From assembly GCA_029250385.1 (NCBI GenBank), contig JAQXFJ010000217.1, positions 1 to 27,657 on the forward strand: 27,657 nucleotides of DNA, read 5' to 3'. This document shows positions 1 to 8,465 of this stretch, piece by piece. The first letter of the stretch is position 1. Each line of letters starts with the position of its first letter. The notes beneath the pieces were generated by a model. That model searched no databases, was not told where the DNA came from, and saw only the letters and a program-made list of their open reading frames with translations. The DNA is from Candidatus Poseidoniaceae archaeon. Its GTDB lineage: Archaea > Thermoplasmatota > Poseidoniia > Poseidoniales > Poseidoniaceae. A program made the position numbers and the translations under genes.

Positions 1-26
1 CCCTGTTTGGTCGGAGGATTACCTCT

Positions 27-101
27 GCGAGCGTAGTGTAGTGGTTATCACCGAGCGTTGCCAACGCTTGAACCCGGGTTCGAGTCCCGGCGCTCGCACC
101 A
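27..101 (+). tRNA. tRNA-Gly(GCC), CCA genomically encoded
   Basis: Acceptor stem GCGAGCG (27-33) pairs with CGCTCGC (91-97). Anticodon stem GAGCG/CGCTT encloses loop TTGCCAA (GCC at 60-62). T-arm GGTTCGAGTCC, discriminator A98 (archaeal-type for Gly), CCA at 99-101. Confidence 0.98.
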
Positions 102-103
102 AA

Positions 104-110
104 TTTTTTT
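104..110 (+). terminator. oligo-T tract, probable archaeal terminator of the tRNA
   Basis: T7 run 2 nt after the tRNA CCA. Confidence 0.55.
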
Positions 111-122
111 CACCAACTCCAG

Positions 123-139
123 AAAAGTAACATTTAACC
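123..139 (+). promoter_or_regulatory. putative BRE/TATA for alba
   Basis: AAAAG purine run followed by TTTAACC (133-139), about 32-38 bp upstream of ATG 171. The same TTTAACC lies at 7725-7731, a similar distance upstream of rdgB. Confidence 0.4.
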
Positions 140-170
140 GTTGAACGTGTATAGAAGGATAGGGTTGAGC

Positions 171-494
171 ATGACAGAGCGACGAACTATTTTCATCGGG
201 AAGAAGCCATTACACGCGTACGTAAGAGCAGTTGTAATGGCTATGGAATCAGGAGATCGCAACTTGGAACTGGTTGCTAGAGGCGCAACGATTGGTCGAG
301 CAGTCGATGTTGCAGAAATTTGTCGAAGACGCAATGGAATAATCGCTCAGGGGCTGCCAGAAGAAGTTGTTATCGGAGAATTAACTTGTGAAAGCGAAGT
401 CATTCCTACTGACGAAGGTCGAGATAGAACTGTCAGCGTTCTTAGAATTGAGTTAGATGGGCACGGCGATGTTCCTGCCCAAGAAGAAGAATAG
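171..494 (+). CDS. albA: Alba (Sac10b-family) DNA/RNA-binding protein, 107 aa
   Basis: IFIGKKPLHAYVRAV...ARGATIGRAVDVAEI...DEGRDRTVSVLRIEL matches the Alba signature (IGKKP..NYV, ARG..I.KAVD..E). ATG 171 preferred over TTG 141. Confidence 0.9.
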   Translation: MTERRTIFIGKKPLHAYVRAVVMAMESGDRNLELVARGATIGRAVDVAEICRRRNGIIAQGLPEEVVIGELTCESEVIPTDEGRDRTVSVLRIELDGHGDVPAQEEE

Positions 495-854
495 CTACAA
501 CAATAATCTAATTCTTCTTTCAATTTCATTTGCAGTTTGCTCAAAAACCTCAAATTGTTGCCCAACAGGATCTTCTAATTCCCAATCCTCATCAATCTTA
601 ATCACAGGGCAATGGACTCCACATCCCATAGAAATTACTTTGTCAAATTTATCAACATTGAAGTTATCCAGACTTTTTGGCTTTACTTTTGTGGTATCAA
701 TACCTCGGTTTTGTAAGACTGTTATGGCATGCTTAGATACTGCTTTAGCAGGATGGGTTCCTGCAGACTCTGCTTTATGTCCAAGCGATATCGCAATCCC
801 TTCAGCCATCTGAGAGCGGCAAGAATTCCCAACGCAAACAAATAAGATACGCAT
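495..854 (-). CDS. arsC: arsenate reductase ArsC / LMW-PTP family, 119 aa
   Basis: P-loop CVGNSCRSQMAEG, SAGT, MGCGVHCP resolving-cysteine pair and WELEDP. Confidence 0.85.
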   Translation of the reverse strand: MRILFVCVGNSCRSQMAEGIAISLGHKAESAGTHPAKAVSKHAITVLQNRGIDTTKVKPKSLDNFNVDKFDKVISMGCGVHCPVIKIDEDWELEDPVGQQFEVFEQTANEIERRIRLLL

Positions 855-940
855 GTGTTGTTGTCAAATTGATGATATTTAATTTATTTCTAAGTAGAAT
901 AATGCCACAGTTAACAAGTATGAATAATCTCGAATTACAT

Positions 941-1309
941 ATGAGCAATACTTGGCAAGACTTGCAAAGTATTTTCATCTATGGTGTGATTTTTGCCCTG
1001 CTATTTACTTTACATATCATTTTTGCAGCCGCTAATCTAGAACTTCTGTTTCGCATTGTCGCCATAATGCTAAGCATGATGATCTTTTTTTGTGGGTCAT
1101 GTCTGGTATATCTCGAGAAATCAAAGGTACGATATTCCTCTTTGTACAATATTGGGATGATTGTTTCTTGCCCTCTGGCCATTGGTTTAGGTTGGGCATA
1201 CGGCGGGATGTCAACTTCGGTAAGTATGGTACTATTTCCGATGATAACTCTAATTATTCATTACACCATAAAGAAAATTTTCTTTGGTCGCACCTATGGG
1301 TTGAAGTAG
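941..1309 (+). CDS. hypothetical membrane protein (about 4 TM)
   Basis: Hydrophobic ORF with about four TM stretches. Start uncertain (in-frame ATGs at 902, 920, 941; track uses 869). No family recognised. Confidence 0.6.
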   Translation: MSNTWQDLQSIFIYGVIFALLFTLHIIFAAANLELLFRIVAIMLSMMIFFCGSCLVYLEKSKVRYSSLYNIGMIVSCPLAIGLGWAYGGMSTSVSMVLFPMITLIIHYTIKKIFFGRTYGLK

Positions 1310-1329
1310 GACTATTATTTGTAAATGCC

Positions 1330-2337
1330 ATGGCCGATTCACCGGTATCTACACACAACCCCAACTCTGCTGCACCATCAGATGATGCTTCACCGCAACA
1401 ACAGAAGCAAATGGAAAGCGCTTATGCTAACATGAAGCGTAAAATGTCAATGCAAGAAATTGGTAGAAAAATCAAACACAAAGTGATGGTTTTATCTGGC
1501 AAAGGCGGCGTTGGTAAATCAACTGTTGCAACAGGCTTAGCACTTTCACTAGCTCAAGAAGGTCACTCTGTGGGCATATTAGATATTGACATCACGGGTC
1601 CAAATGTACCAAAGATGATGGGACTTGACCGCAAGAGATTGCATGTTGAACAAGGCAGAATACATCCAGCTCAAGGCCACCTTGGAGTTAAGGTCATATC
1701 GATGGCTTTCCTACTAGAAGATGAAGACACCCCTGTAGTTTGGCGAGGGCCGATAAAACTGGGTGCTATTCAACAATTTATTGGTGATGTTGAGTGGGGT
1801 GAACTTGACTATCTAGTCATCGATTTCCCACCGGGTACCTCTGACGAACCACTTACAGTAGCACAATCATTACCTGATATTGACGGTATGGTTATTGTCA
1901 CAACACCTCAAGATGTGGCACTACTCGATAGTCGTAAATCGATTACCTTCTCTGAATCATTGAAAGTTCCAGTTTTGGGCGTTGTTGAGAACATGAGTGG
2001 CTACACTATATCTGGAAAAACTTCGCCTGATAATGATATTGAAATCGCTGGCCCAGGGGGTAAAAAGCACAAAGCTACAGCTGACTCTGATGGTAATTTC
2101 AACGTGACGCTAGATATCTTCAAACAGGGTGGCGGAAAATCAACTGCAGAAGAGTTTGGTGTACCATTTTTGGGTTCATTACCTTTTGATCCTGGTTTCG
2201 TTAGAGGCGGAGATGATGGAGTACATCGCATTGTTAGCGAACCTGAAGGGGCTTCAGCGATTGCGTTTGCCAAGGTGGTGGAAGCGATAAAATCTCAAAT
2301 CGGGTCATCAGAAAGTCAAGGACTGGAAATTATCTGA
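1330..2337 (+). CDS. mrp: Mrp/ApbC/Nbp35-family P-loop ATPase, cysteine-free variant, 335 aa
   Basis: SGKGGVGKST, DIDITGPNVP, VVWRGP, DYLVIDFPPGTSD, VTTPQDVALLD and GVVENMS motifs. ATG 1330 chosen because the upstream extension overlaps the previous gene. Confidence 0.93.
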   Translation: MADSPVSTHNPNSAAPSDDASPQQQKQMESAYANMKRKMSMQEIGRKIKHKVMVLSGKGGVGKSTVATGLALSLAQEGHSVGILDIDITGPNVPKMMGLDRKRLHVEQGRIHPAQGHLGVKVISMAFLLEDEDTPVVWRGPIKLGAIQQFIGDVEWGELDYLVIDFPPGTSDEPLTVAQSLPDIDGMVIVTTPQDVALLDSRKSITFSESLKVPVLGVVENMSGYTISGKTSPDNDIEIAGPGGKKHKATADSDGNFNVTLDIFKQGGGKSTAEEFGVPFLGSLPFDPGFVRGGDDGVHRIVSEPEGASAIAFAKVVEAIKSQIGSSESQGLEII

Positions 2338-2346
2338 GGTGGGATA

Positions 2347-2697
2347 ATGTCAGATGTTCCAGATTTAACACGGCTTGAAAGACGTGATACAGATATGAAA
2401 TTGACTTACGCTGATGGTGGCGAATTTACGGTAACTTATGATGACTTGAAGCACGCTTGCCCTTGTGCAAAATGTGCACCGCTGCGCAATGATGACGGCA
2501 ATAGTAAAACCCTAAGGAGACAAATAGAAGCAATGGCGCCTGAGAAACCTCAGGTGCGCCCGGTAGGGAAATACGCCTTAGGTTTTGAATGGAAAAACGG
2601 ATGCTCAAGTGGTATTTATCGCTTTGAGCGAATATGGGCTTTGGCTAATAATCAAGATCCAGATAACGGCAAACCCTATGTGCACGGAGCATGGTAA
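2347..2697 (+). CDS. DUF971 / GBBH-like N-terminal domain protein, 116 aa
   Basis: CPCAKC (2458-2475) and VGKYALGFEWKNGCSSGIY, matching the DUF971 pattern VG.YA..i.w.dGh..GIY. SD GAGGTG overlaps the mrp stop. Confidence 0.8.
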   Translation: MSDVPDLTRLERRDTDMKLTYADGGEFTVTYDDLKHACPCAKCAPLRNDDGNSKTLRRQIEAMAPEKPQVRPVGKYALGFEWKNGCSSGIYRFERIWALANNQDPDNGKPYVHGAW

Positions 2698-2780
2698 AGC
2701 CACTAAATGACTTAACAGGCCATAAAACGGCGAGGGTTTGATGTATAGTTGGGCGACCGGTAAATTGGAAGGAACCTATT

Positions 2781-4859
2781 ATGCAGGGAGTTTACCTCAC
2801 TTGGATGATTAGTGCGTTAGCTCTAGGTGTGCTATTACTACCAGTGTTCAAACCCAAATGGATGGAGTTAAAACTAACTACATTTGTTGACTTCTTTCGT
2901 AGATATTGGATTCATATTTTGATTCTATTCATGATCTACAACGCCAAGGATGGATTAGATGAAATTGATAGAATCTTGATGGCCTCAACAGGACTAGATA
3001 TGACGCCTTGGATATATGCCATTGAAGGTAATCTAGTTTTACATGTGCAGCAATATTTTGAAGCGGAATGGCTTACCATAACTCTAACTCATTTTTACGT
3101 TGCAGGGTTCATGTTCATTTGTTATGTTTCAGTATTCTACTTCGCTTACTTCGATGACCGTTGGATGGCTGATAGAATTACTCTAACTATTGCCTGGGTC
3201 TACATCCTAGCCATCCCATTTTACTTGTTCTTCAATGTCCGGGTAACCGGTTCTTATATTCCAGAAATGAAGACTTTAGCCTACTCATTGAATCCAGAAA
3301 TAGCGGATTGGTTCAGGAGAATCGACCCATTTACTAACTGCATGCCGTCGTTACATATCGGCATTCCATACGCCGTTTGGCTATGTATGAAACGTTTTGA
3401 CCATGATGACCGATGGGAATTATATCGCAAGATTGTATTTGCTTATGTTATGTTGACTGCCTTTACCATTATTTATTTGGGAATACACTGGATTTTGGAT
3501 ATTGCAGGGGGAATGATAATTGCCTCAATTGCGGTTAATCTTGCGGATAAAACCTCAAAGCCGATATGGAGCATATTGGATGAGAGAACAATTAATTCTC
3601 GCCTTGTCACAGTTCTTACCAATCCTAAAAAAGCATACAAAATAGTTTCACAAAAGGTTGCTAAATCCGCTAAATCTTTCCTAAAGCCCACTTCCAGAGA
3701 GACAGGCATTATGGCTGTCATTTTGGTAATAATTGTGGCTTCAGTTATCACCTGGGATTTGACACATCAATCACTTTCAGCCAAAGGTGTTGAGGCTCCA
3801 GAAGGAGCTAGTGGCGCAGATGGATGGCTAGCGACCTTAGATAATACCTCTGAATTTGGTGCTGTTCTAAAATTATATGATTTATCAGAACTCGATAAAG
3901 ATGGCATAGAAGTAATTCAACCTAACTTATCGGTTAATTCGATATACCATATTTCAGGTGATAAATTAGTAATGGCTAATGCCACAGATCTGTATGTGAT
4001 TGATGTGACTTCGCCGGAGGAAATATTCTATCAAAAGTCAATTAATGGCATTGAACAAATAGAGATGTGTGACTTAGGTGAATACTATGTGCTACTCACC
4101 TTAGAAGACGGGGCATTGTCTGCAGAGAACCTCGATGGAGAGGCAATTGATCTTTCAATAGATGTCAACAATATCTCTTATGTAAATTGCCAAGGAAATG
4201 ATTTTGCTTACCTTTCAGAAAACTATCCGGACAAGGTTTTCATGAGTAATCTTGAGTTGTCTGGCGCCCTATCCTATCAAATAAATGCTTCAGCAGAAGA
4301 AGAGGTTGAGCAAGTTTTAGCCGATTGGGATACACCAGTTGATATTCAGAATGCCACAATTACCAACATCGTATTTGACAAATCTCACTTACTGGTAAGT
4401 GTCAATGTTTCATCAGTAGATAGAATTGTCTTAGTTGATAGAGAGTCTACGGACTATCGTCTGCTTGGTGACGGTAAATATTCGTCATATGACCCATCAA
4501 TCCGCGACGGTATCGTTGCATGGGCGATGAAAGATCACTTAAATCCATCAAGTCCGATTGAAGAATACTTTGATGGAGAAATATTCTACATGGAAATTGC
4601 TGATAATTTTACCCATGTACTTACCGCAGATGAGGTGGACCAGTGGGGCCCAATAGTTTTGGAAGACCATTTGGTATACTTTGAAGAGTCCAATGATGGG
4701 GTAATAATCCAAGTTCATACTTGGGAGCCTGAGTTAAAGTCATATTCGAATATAATTTTACAATCAGGTTCTGTAATTGGTATCATGCTCGTATTTGCTT
4801 ACATAAATCAAAGGCAAACAGAAATAAAAAATAGTAAATTCCAGTCAGAAGAGGAATAG
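2781..4859 (+). CDS. PAP2_3 / Aur1 (IPC-synthase-like) membrane phosphatase or phosphotransferase fused to an extracellular beta-propeller-like domain, 692 aa
   Basis: Multi-TM N-terminus with NCMPSLHIG and IYLGIHWILD catalytic motifs. About 330-aa acidic beta-rich region with YDPSIRDGIVAW and DQWGPIVLEDHLVY repeats. C-terminal TM helix. Confidence 0.75.
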   Translation: MQGVYLTWMISALALGVLLLPVFKPKWMELKLTTFVDFFRRYWIHILILFMIYNAKDGLDEIDRILMASTGLDMTPWIYAIEGNLVLHVQQYFEAEWLTITLTHFYVAGFMFICYVSVFYFAYFDDRWMADRITLTIAWVYILAIPFYLFFNVRVTGSYIPEMKTLAYSLNPEIADWFRRIDPFTNCMPSLHIGIPYAVWLCMKRFDHDDRWELYRKIVFAYVMLTAFTIIYLGIHWILDIAGGMIIASIAVNLADKTSKPIWSILDERTINSRLVTVLTNPKKAYKIVSQKVAKSAKSFLKPTSRETGIMAVILVIIVASVITWDLTHQSLSAKGVEAPEGASGADGWLATLDNTSEFGAVLKLYDLSELDKDGIEVIQPNLSVNSIYHISGDKLVMANATDLYVIDVTSPEEIFYQKSINGIEQIEMCDLGEYYVLLTLEDGALSAENLDGEAIDLSIDVNNISYVNCQGNDFAYLSENYPDKVFMSNLELSGALSYQINASAEEEVEQVLADWDTPVDIQNATITNIVFDKSHLLVSVNVSSVDRIVLVDRESTDYRLLGDGKYSSYDPSIRDGIVAWAMKDHLNPSSPIEEYFDGEIFYMEIADNFTHVLTADEVDQWGPIVLEDHLVYFEESNDGVIIQVHTWEPELKSYSNIILQSGSVIGIMLVFAYINQRQTEIKNSKFQSEEE

Positions 4860-4860
4860 A

Positions 4861-5979
4861 TTATTTCTTGATACTTAGCATTCTTTCAAGCGCTAGTAAT
4901 GACCCTTCTTCAACAGATTTGGATACACTAATTTGATTCGGTACTTCTCCATCAATAATTCGTTCTAATACATCCATTAAGTAGGCAGGATGAATCATGT
5001 ACATTGTGGAACAAGGACAGACTTTATCATCGAGACATTCAATTATTTTATCAGGATTAGATTCTGCTAACCTAGCAACCATGTTTATTTCAGTGCCAAT
5101 GGCTATTTTTGCGCCTGTGGGCTGTTGTTCAACATAATTTTTGATAAATTGTGTAGAACCATTTGCATCACTGACTTCGACAGTCTCTTTGGGGCATTCG
5201 GGATGGACAACGACAAGTCCATCTGGGTGTCTGTCACGAAATTCTTCTACCTGCTCAACAGTGAACCTTTTGTGCACTGAACAAAAGCCGTGCCATAGAA
5301 TTATTTTGGCATCATTAAGACTCGAATCAGCGCCGATTTTCGGTATCCATGTTGGCATCATTTGTTCACTTATTCCCATCTTTATTCCTGTGTTGCGGCC
5401 AAGGTGTTGATCTGGGAAGAATAACACTGTTCCGTTTGGGCCAGCACGATCAAAGGCCCAATTTAGTATTCCAGTTGCATTGGATGATGTGCAAACTATT
5501 CCACCATGACGTCCAACGAAATCTTTCAAGTCAGCACTACTATTCATGTAGGTTACTGGAATAAGATATGATTTTCCATCAGTGGGGATCTCTCCAGGAG
5601 CAGTTCTATCGATGGGATCGCCAAGTTTTGTTTCAGCTAAAATCTCGGCCCATGCCTCTTCAACATCAACTAATGTTGCCATGTCTGCCATTGAGCACCC
5701 TGCCCTTAAATTTGGGAGAATTACATGTTGTTGTTCATTTGTCAATATGTCAGCAGATTCTGCCATAAAATGAACTCCACAAAATACAATGTATTTGGCA
5801 GTTGAATCTGCGGCTTTTTGACTTAGCATAAAGGAATCACCGATAAAATCAGCGTGCATAACTATGCTGTCTCTCTGGTAGTGATGGCCTAAAATCATCA
5901 AGTCTGAACCGAGTTGTTTCCTTAGTTCAGTAATTCTCTCAGCAATTGCTTGCTCCTCAGGGGAAAGAGAGGTGTCCAT
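4861..5979 (-). CDS. nadA: quinolinate synthase NadA, 372 aa
   Basis: ILGHHYQ, FCGVHFMAE, AGCSMAD, YMNSSA, CTSSNA, PDQHLG, GFCSVH, VHPEC, GTEINM, CPCSTM; three [4Fe-4S] cysteines present. ATG 5979 preferred. Confidence 0.96.
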   Translation of the reverse strand: MDTSLSPEEQAIAERITELRKQLGSDLMILGHHYQRDSIVMHADFIGDSFMLSQKAADSTAKYIVFCGVHFMAESADILTNEQQHVILPNLRAGCSMADMATLVDVEEAWAEILAETKLGDPIDRTAPGEIPTDGKSYLIPVTYMNSSADLKDFVGRHGGIVCTSSNATGILNWAFDRAGPNGTVLFFPDQHLGRNTGIKMGISEQMMPTWIPKIGADSSLNDAKIILWHGFCSVHKRFTVEQVEEFRDRHPDGLVVVHPECPKETVEVSDANGSTQFIKNYVEQQPTGAKIAIGTEINMVARLAESNPDKIIECLDDKVCPCSTMYMIHPAYLMDVLERIIDGEVPNQISVSKSVEEGSLLALERMLSIKK

Positions 5980-6099
5980 GAAATCTATGGAGCACATTGG
6001 CAGGGTAATCGTCATATGCCTCATGATAGCCAACAGTTATCCCTTTTTCAACAATTGTGAGTGCGTGATATACATAAGTAAGGGCATTGAGCGGGACTC

Positions 6100-6783
6100 A
6101 TGGTCTTCCAACCGGAGTTGCGCTTGCACTTGGGAGCTGAGGCTGAAGTGTGGTCTGGGACGTGGATGGGTCGGCCTGCAATCAAGAAGATGCGTCGTAA
6201 TAGGGCATGGCGTCACCCAGATATTGAACGCCGCCTTGGCTACCGAAGGATGCTTAGTGAAGTTCGTATTTTAATCAGGATTCACAATACGGGGATGCCA
6301 GTTCCTGCAGTATGGGATGTTGATTTAGATAATGGCCGAATAATAATGCAAAAAATGCAAGGAAAACCATTAATTGAGGTGTTACGAGATGAAGACTCGA
6401 ATTCTGAGTTTATCAAAACAGCACTAGAAAATTCGGGAAAGGCGGTTAGGATGTTGCACAGGATGGCAATCACTCATGGGGACCTATCGACCAACAATAT
6501 TTTAATCGACGAGAACGCCAATGCATACTTAATTGATTTTGGCCTGTCGGCAGTAGAATATGAAGTTGAACGGTTTGGTATTGACTTACATGTAATGGAT
6601 GAGATACTTGGGGCATCTCACCCAAATATTGCCAATGGTATTGAGAATTTCATTAATGGATATTTACAGTGGGATGGTAATCAAGGGCCATTAACGGAAC
6701 TTTCTGGTGGTACACCGCCGACTGCAAAAGCAGTGTTGAAACGTTTAGATGATGTACGTTCAAGGGTTAGGTATCACGGATGA
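6100..6783 (+). CDS. bud32: KEOPS kinase/ATPase Bud32 (stand-alone), 227 aa
   Basis: GAEAEV, K.R..RAWRHP, E..IL, HGDLSTNNIL, IDFGL, and the DL.V and RGRY-like (RVRYHG) C-terminal motifs. Confidence 0.92.
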   Translation: MVFQPELRLHLGAEAEVWSGTWMGRPAIKKMRRNRAWRHPDIERRLGYRRMLSEVRILIRIHNTGMPVPAVWDVDLDNGRIIMQKMQGKPLIEVLRDEDSNSEFIKTALENSGKAVRMLHRMAITHGDLSTNNILIDENANAYLIDFGLSAVEYEVERFGIDLHVMDEILGASHPNIANGIENFINGYLQWDGNQGPLTELSGGTPPTAKAVLKRLDDVRSRVRYHG

Positions 6784-6784
6784 T

Positions 6785-7198
6785 TTAACCGACTAACAAA
6801 CGCATTTCTTCTACACTTCTTAATTCCGACAAATAAATCTGTTCGATAGCATCTCGAAGGTCTTCTTCAGCATTGTCTTCGATTAACTCAATTAGTTCTG
6901 CATAAACTTCTGCAGCTTTTATTTCGGTTTCCAGTGAATAATTTAACATTTCCAAGTAGTCATTAGTGTGAGTTATTGGGTGCGAGTTTCTTTCTGTCAC
7001 TGGTATCCCACCAAGCTGTACAATTGCCTTTCTGACTATGTCTGCGTGTTGGATAGACTCAGTCATTTCTACGTTAAACATCGGAGACAACTGTAATCTG
7101 TGTATTCCTTTGATGTTCGCTGCGTAATGCGCATACATGTTACTGGCTCTTAGTTCCCAACTTAGGGCGATATTCATCTTATTTATCAGGTCACTCAT
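6785..7198 (-). CDS. ferritin-like (bacterioferritin-related) four-helix protein, 137 aa
   Basis: ELRASNMY, EMTESIQHAD, QLGGIP, LETEIKAAEVY and a final E-rich helix. Confidence 0.8.
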   Translation of the reverse strand: MSDLINKMNIALSWELRASNMYAHYAANIKGIHRLQLSPMFNVEMTESIQHADIVRKAIVQLGGIPVTERNSHPITHTNDYLEMLNYSLETEIKAAEVYAELIELIEDNAEEDLRDAIEQIYLSELRSVEEMRLLVG

Positions 7199-7209
7199 TG
7201 TCTCAACTC

Positions 7210-7225
7210 TTTAGGGTGCACTAAA
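7210..7225. promoter_or_regulatory. candidate DtxR/MntR-family operator TTTAG-N6-CTAAA
   Basis: TTTAGGGTGCACTAAA (6 of 8 positions self-complementary), 12-27 bp upstream of the ferritin-like start codon. Confidence 0.5.
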
Positions 7226-7289
7226 CTTTTCCGTGGCTCCGTACACGGATATACCTATGATTCTGCATTAATAAACTAATGTAGTGATT

Positions 7290-7676
7290 TTAGATATTTT
7301 CCATTCGTTCGCCAATTTCCCATCCGAGAAATGCTCCGATTATGCAGACTGAAAAAGTTAGCATGATGTATGCCAGAGCGGTAAAATGTTCGTCAGTTTT
7401 AATCAATTTCATAGTTTCTACTGAAAATGTTGACATTGTGGTAAATGCTCCAAGTAGTCCAGTGCTAAAAAATAGCATTAACTCTTCTGATGAACCTCGG
7501 TTTACGGCATAGACTGTAATCGCTCCAAGTAATACAGAACCAAGTGCATTAACAATAAATGTCGACCATGGAAAGTCTGTAGAATCAAGTAACTGCCCTA
7601 CTGCGAAACGTAATGCGGCCCCGATGGCACCGCCCAAAGATACAATTGCAATATGTTGAAGCATGATTTTTTCCAA
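7290..7676 (-). CDS. crcB: fluoride channel CrcB/Fluc
   Basis: GGAIGAALR, NALGS and TGLLGAFTTMSTFSVE motifs. Start TTG 7676 or ATG 7664. Confidence 0.93.
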   Translation of the reverse strand: MEKIMLQHIAIVSLGGAIGAALRFAVGQLLDSTDFPWSTFIVNALGSVLLGAITVYAVNRGSSEELMLFFSTGLLGAFTTMSTFSVETMKLIKTDEHFTALAYIMLTFSVCIIGAFLGWEIGERMENI

Positions 7677-7766
7677 TCTCGTTGTAGTGTTAAATTATCC
7701 GTTGATATTACTTTGAATTTAGGGTTTAACCGATAGACATGATAACTCGACGGTCGTAGCACTGTC

Positions 7767-8435
7767 ATGAGCAATACCGTTTGGTTTTTGACTGGTAATC
7801 AAGGGAAGTTGGCTGAGGCAGAACATCATTTGAAACAAATAGGTTACTCAGTGAGGCAATTAATCGTTGATCAAGAATTGGTTTATGAACCGCAGGCTGA
7901 AAACTTAGTTACCGTGGCGAAATCAAAAATCAATCAAGCACTGAACTTTATTCCAAGTGATTTTAGTGATGGAGATATGATTTTAGTAGAGGATGCAGGA
8001 TTGTTTGTTGATGCTCTCCATGGCTTTCCCGGGGTTTACTCATCCTTCGTTCATTCAACTATTGGTAATTCTGGAATGCTAAGGTTACTATCTCATCTTA
8101 ATTCAGCAGATCCAGTTTCATCGGCTAATTTACGGTCTGCCCACTTTAAGGCAATTGCCGCTTTGTGGAAAAGTGATGAAGTTATTATTGGCGAGGGGAT
8201 TTGTCCAGGGCATATCTCACTGGAGGCAATGGAAGGTAATGGATTTGGATATGATCCAATTTTTATTCCATACGATTTAGATGCAGAATTAAACCCGCTA
8301 AGTCCTGGTAATTACGGAGAGTTTAGTACACATGGGAAAACATTCGGTGGTGTAGACTCTGAAATCAAACAAAAGTTCAGTCACAGAACTAAGGCTTTAA
8401 TCGACTTATTCAACCAAATGCCATCAGCATCATAA
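7767..8435 (+). CDS. rdgB: non-canonical purine NTP pyrophosphatase (RdgB/HAM1), 222 aa
   Basis: TGNQGKLAE, EDAGLFVDALHGFPGVYS, GFGYDPIF and SHR motifs. Confidence 0.93.
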   Translation: MSNTVWFLTGNQGKLAEAEHHLKQIGYSVRQLIVDQELVYEPQAENLVTVAKSKINQALNFIPSDFSDGDMILVEDAGLFVDALHGFPGVYSSFVHSTIGNSGMLRLLSHLNSADPVSSANLRSAHFKAIAALWKSDEVIIGEGICPGHISLEAMEGNGFGYDPIFIPYDLDAELNPLSPGNYGEFSTHGKTFGGVDSEIKQKFSHRTKALIDLFNQMPSAS

Positions 8436-8465
8436 ATTAGAACCAATTGGAATGAGACGAGGGAC

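Noticed and set aside
27-900. tRNA as an integration site for an island
   Set aside because: No integrase seen and no duplicate of the tRNA 3' end noticed; the flanking genes are housekeeping.
1090-1329. 80-aa N-terminal extension of Mrp in the ORF track
   Set aside because: It overlaps the upstream membrane-protein gene in another frame; ATG 1330 gives a normal Mrp.
6784-6791. Another TTTAACCG matching the alba/rdgB promoter-like motif
   Set aside because: It lies within the last codons of the ferritin-like gene between convergent stops, so it is likely coincidental.
7677-7766. Fluoride riboswitch upstream of crcB
   Set aside because: No GGNGAUG...CUGAUG-type core seen on the minus strand; the gap looks like a plain divergent promoter.
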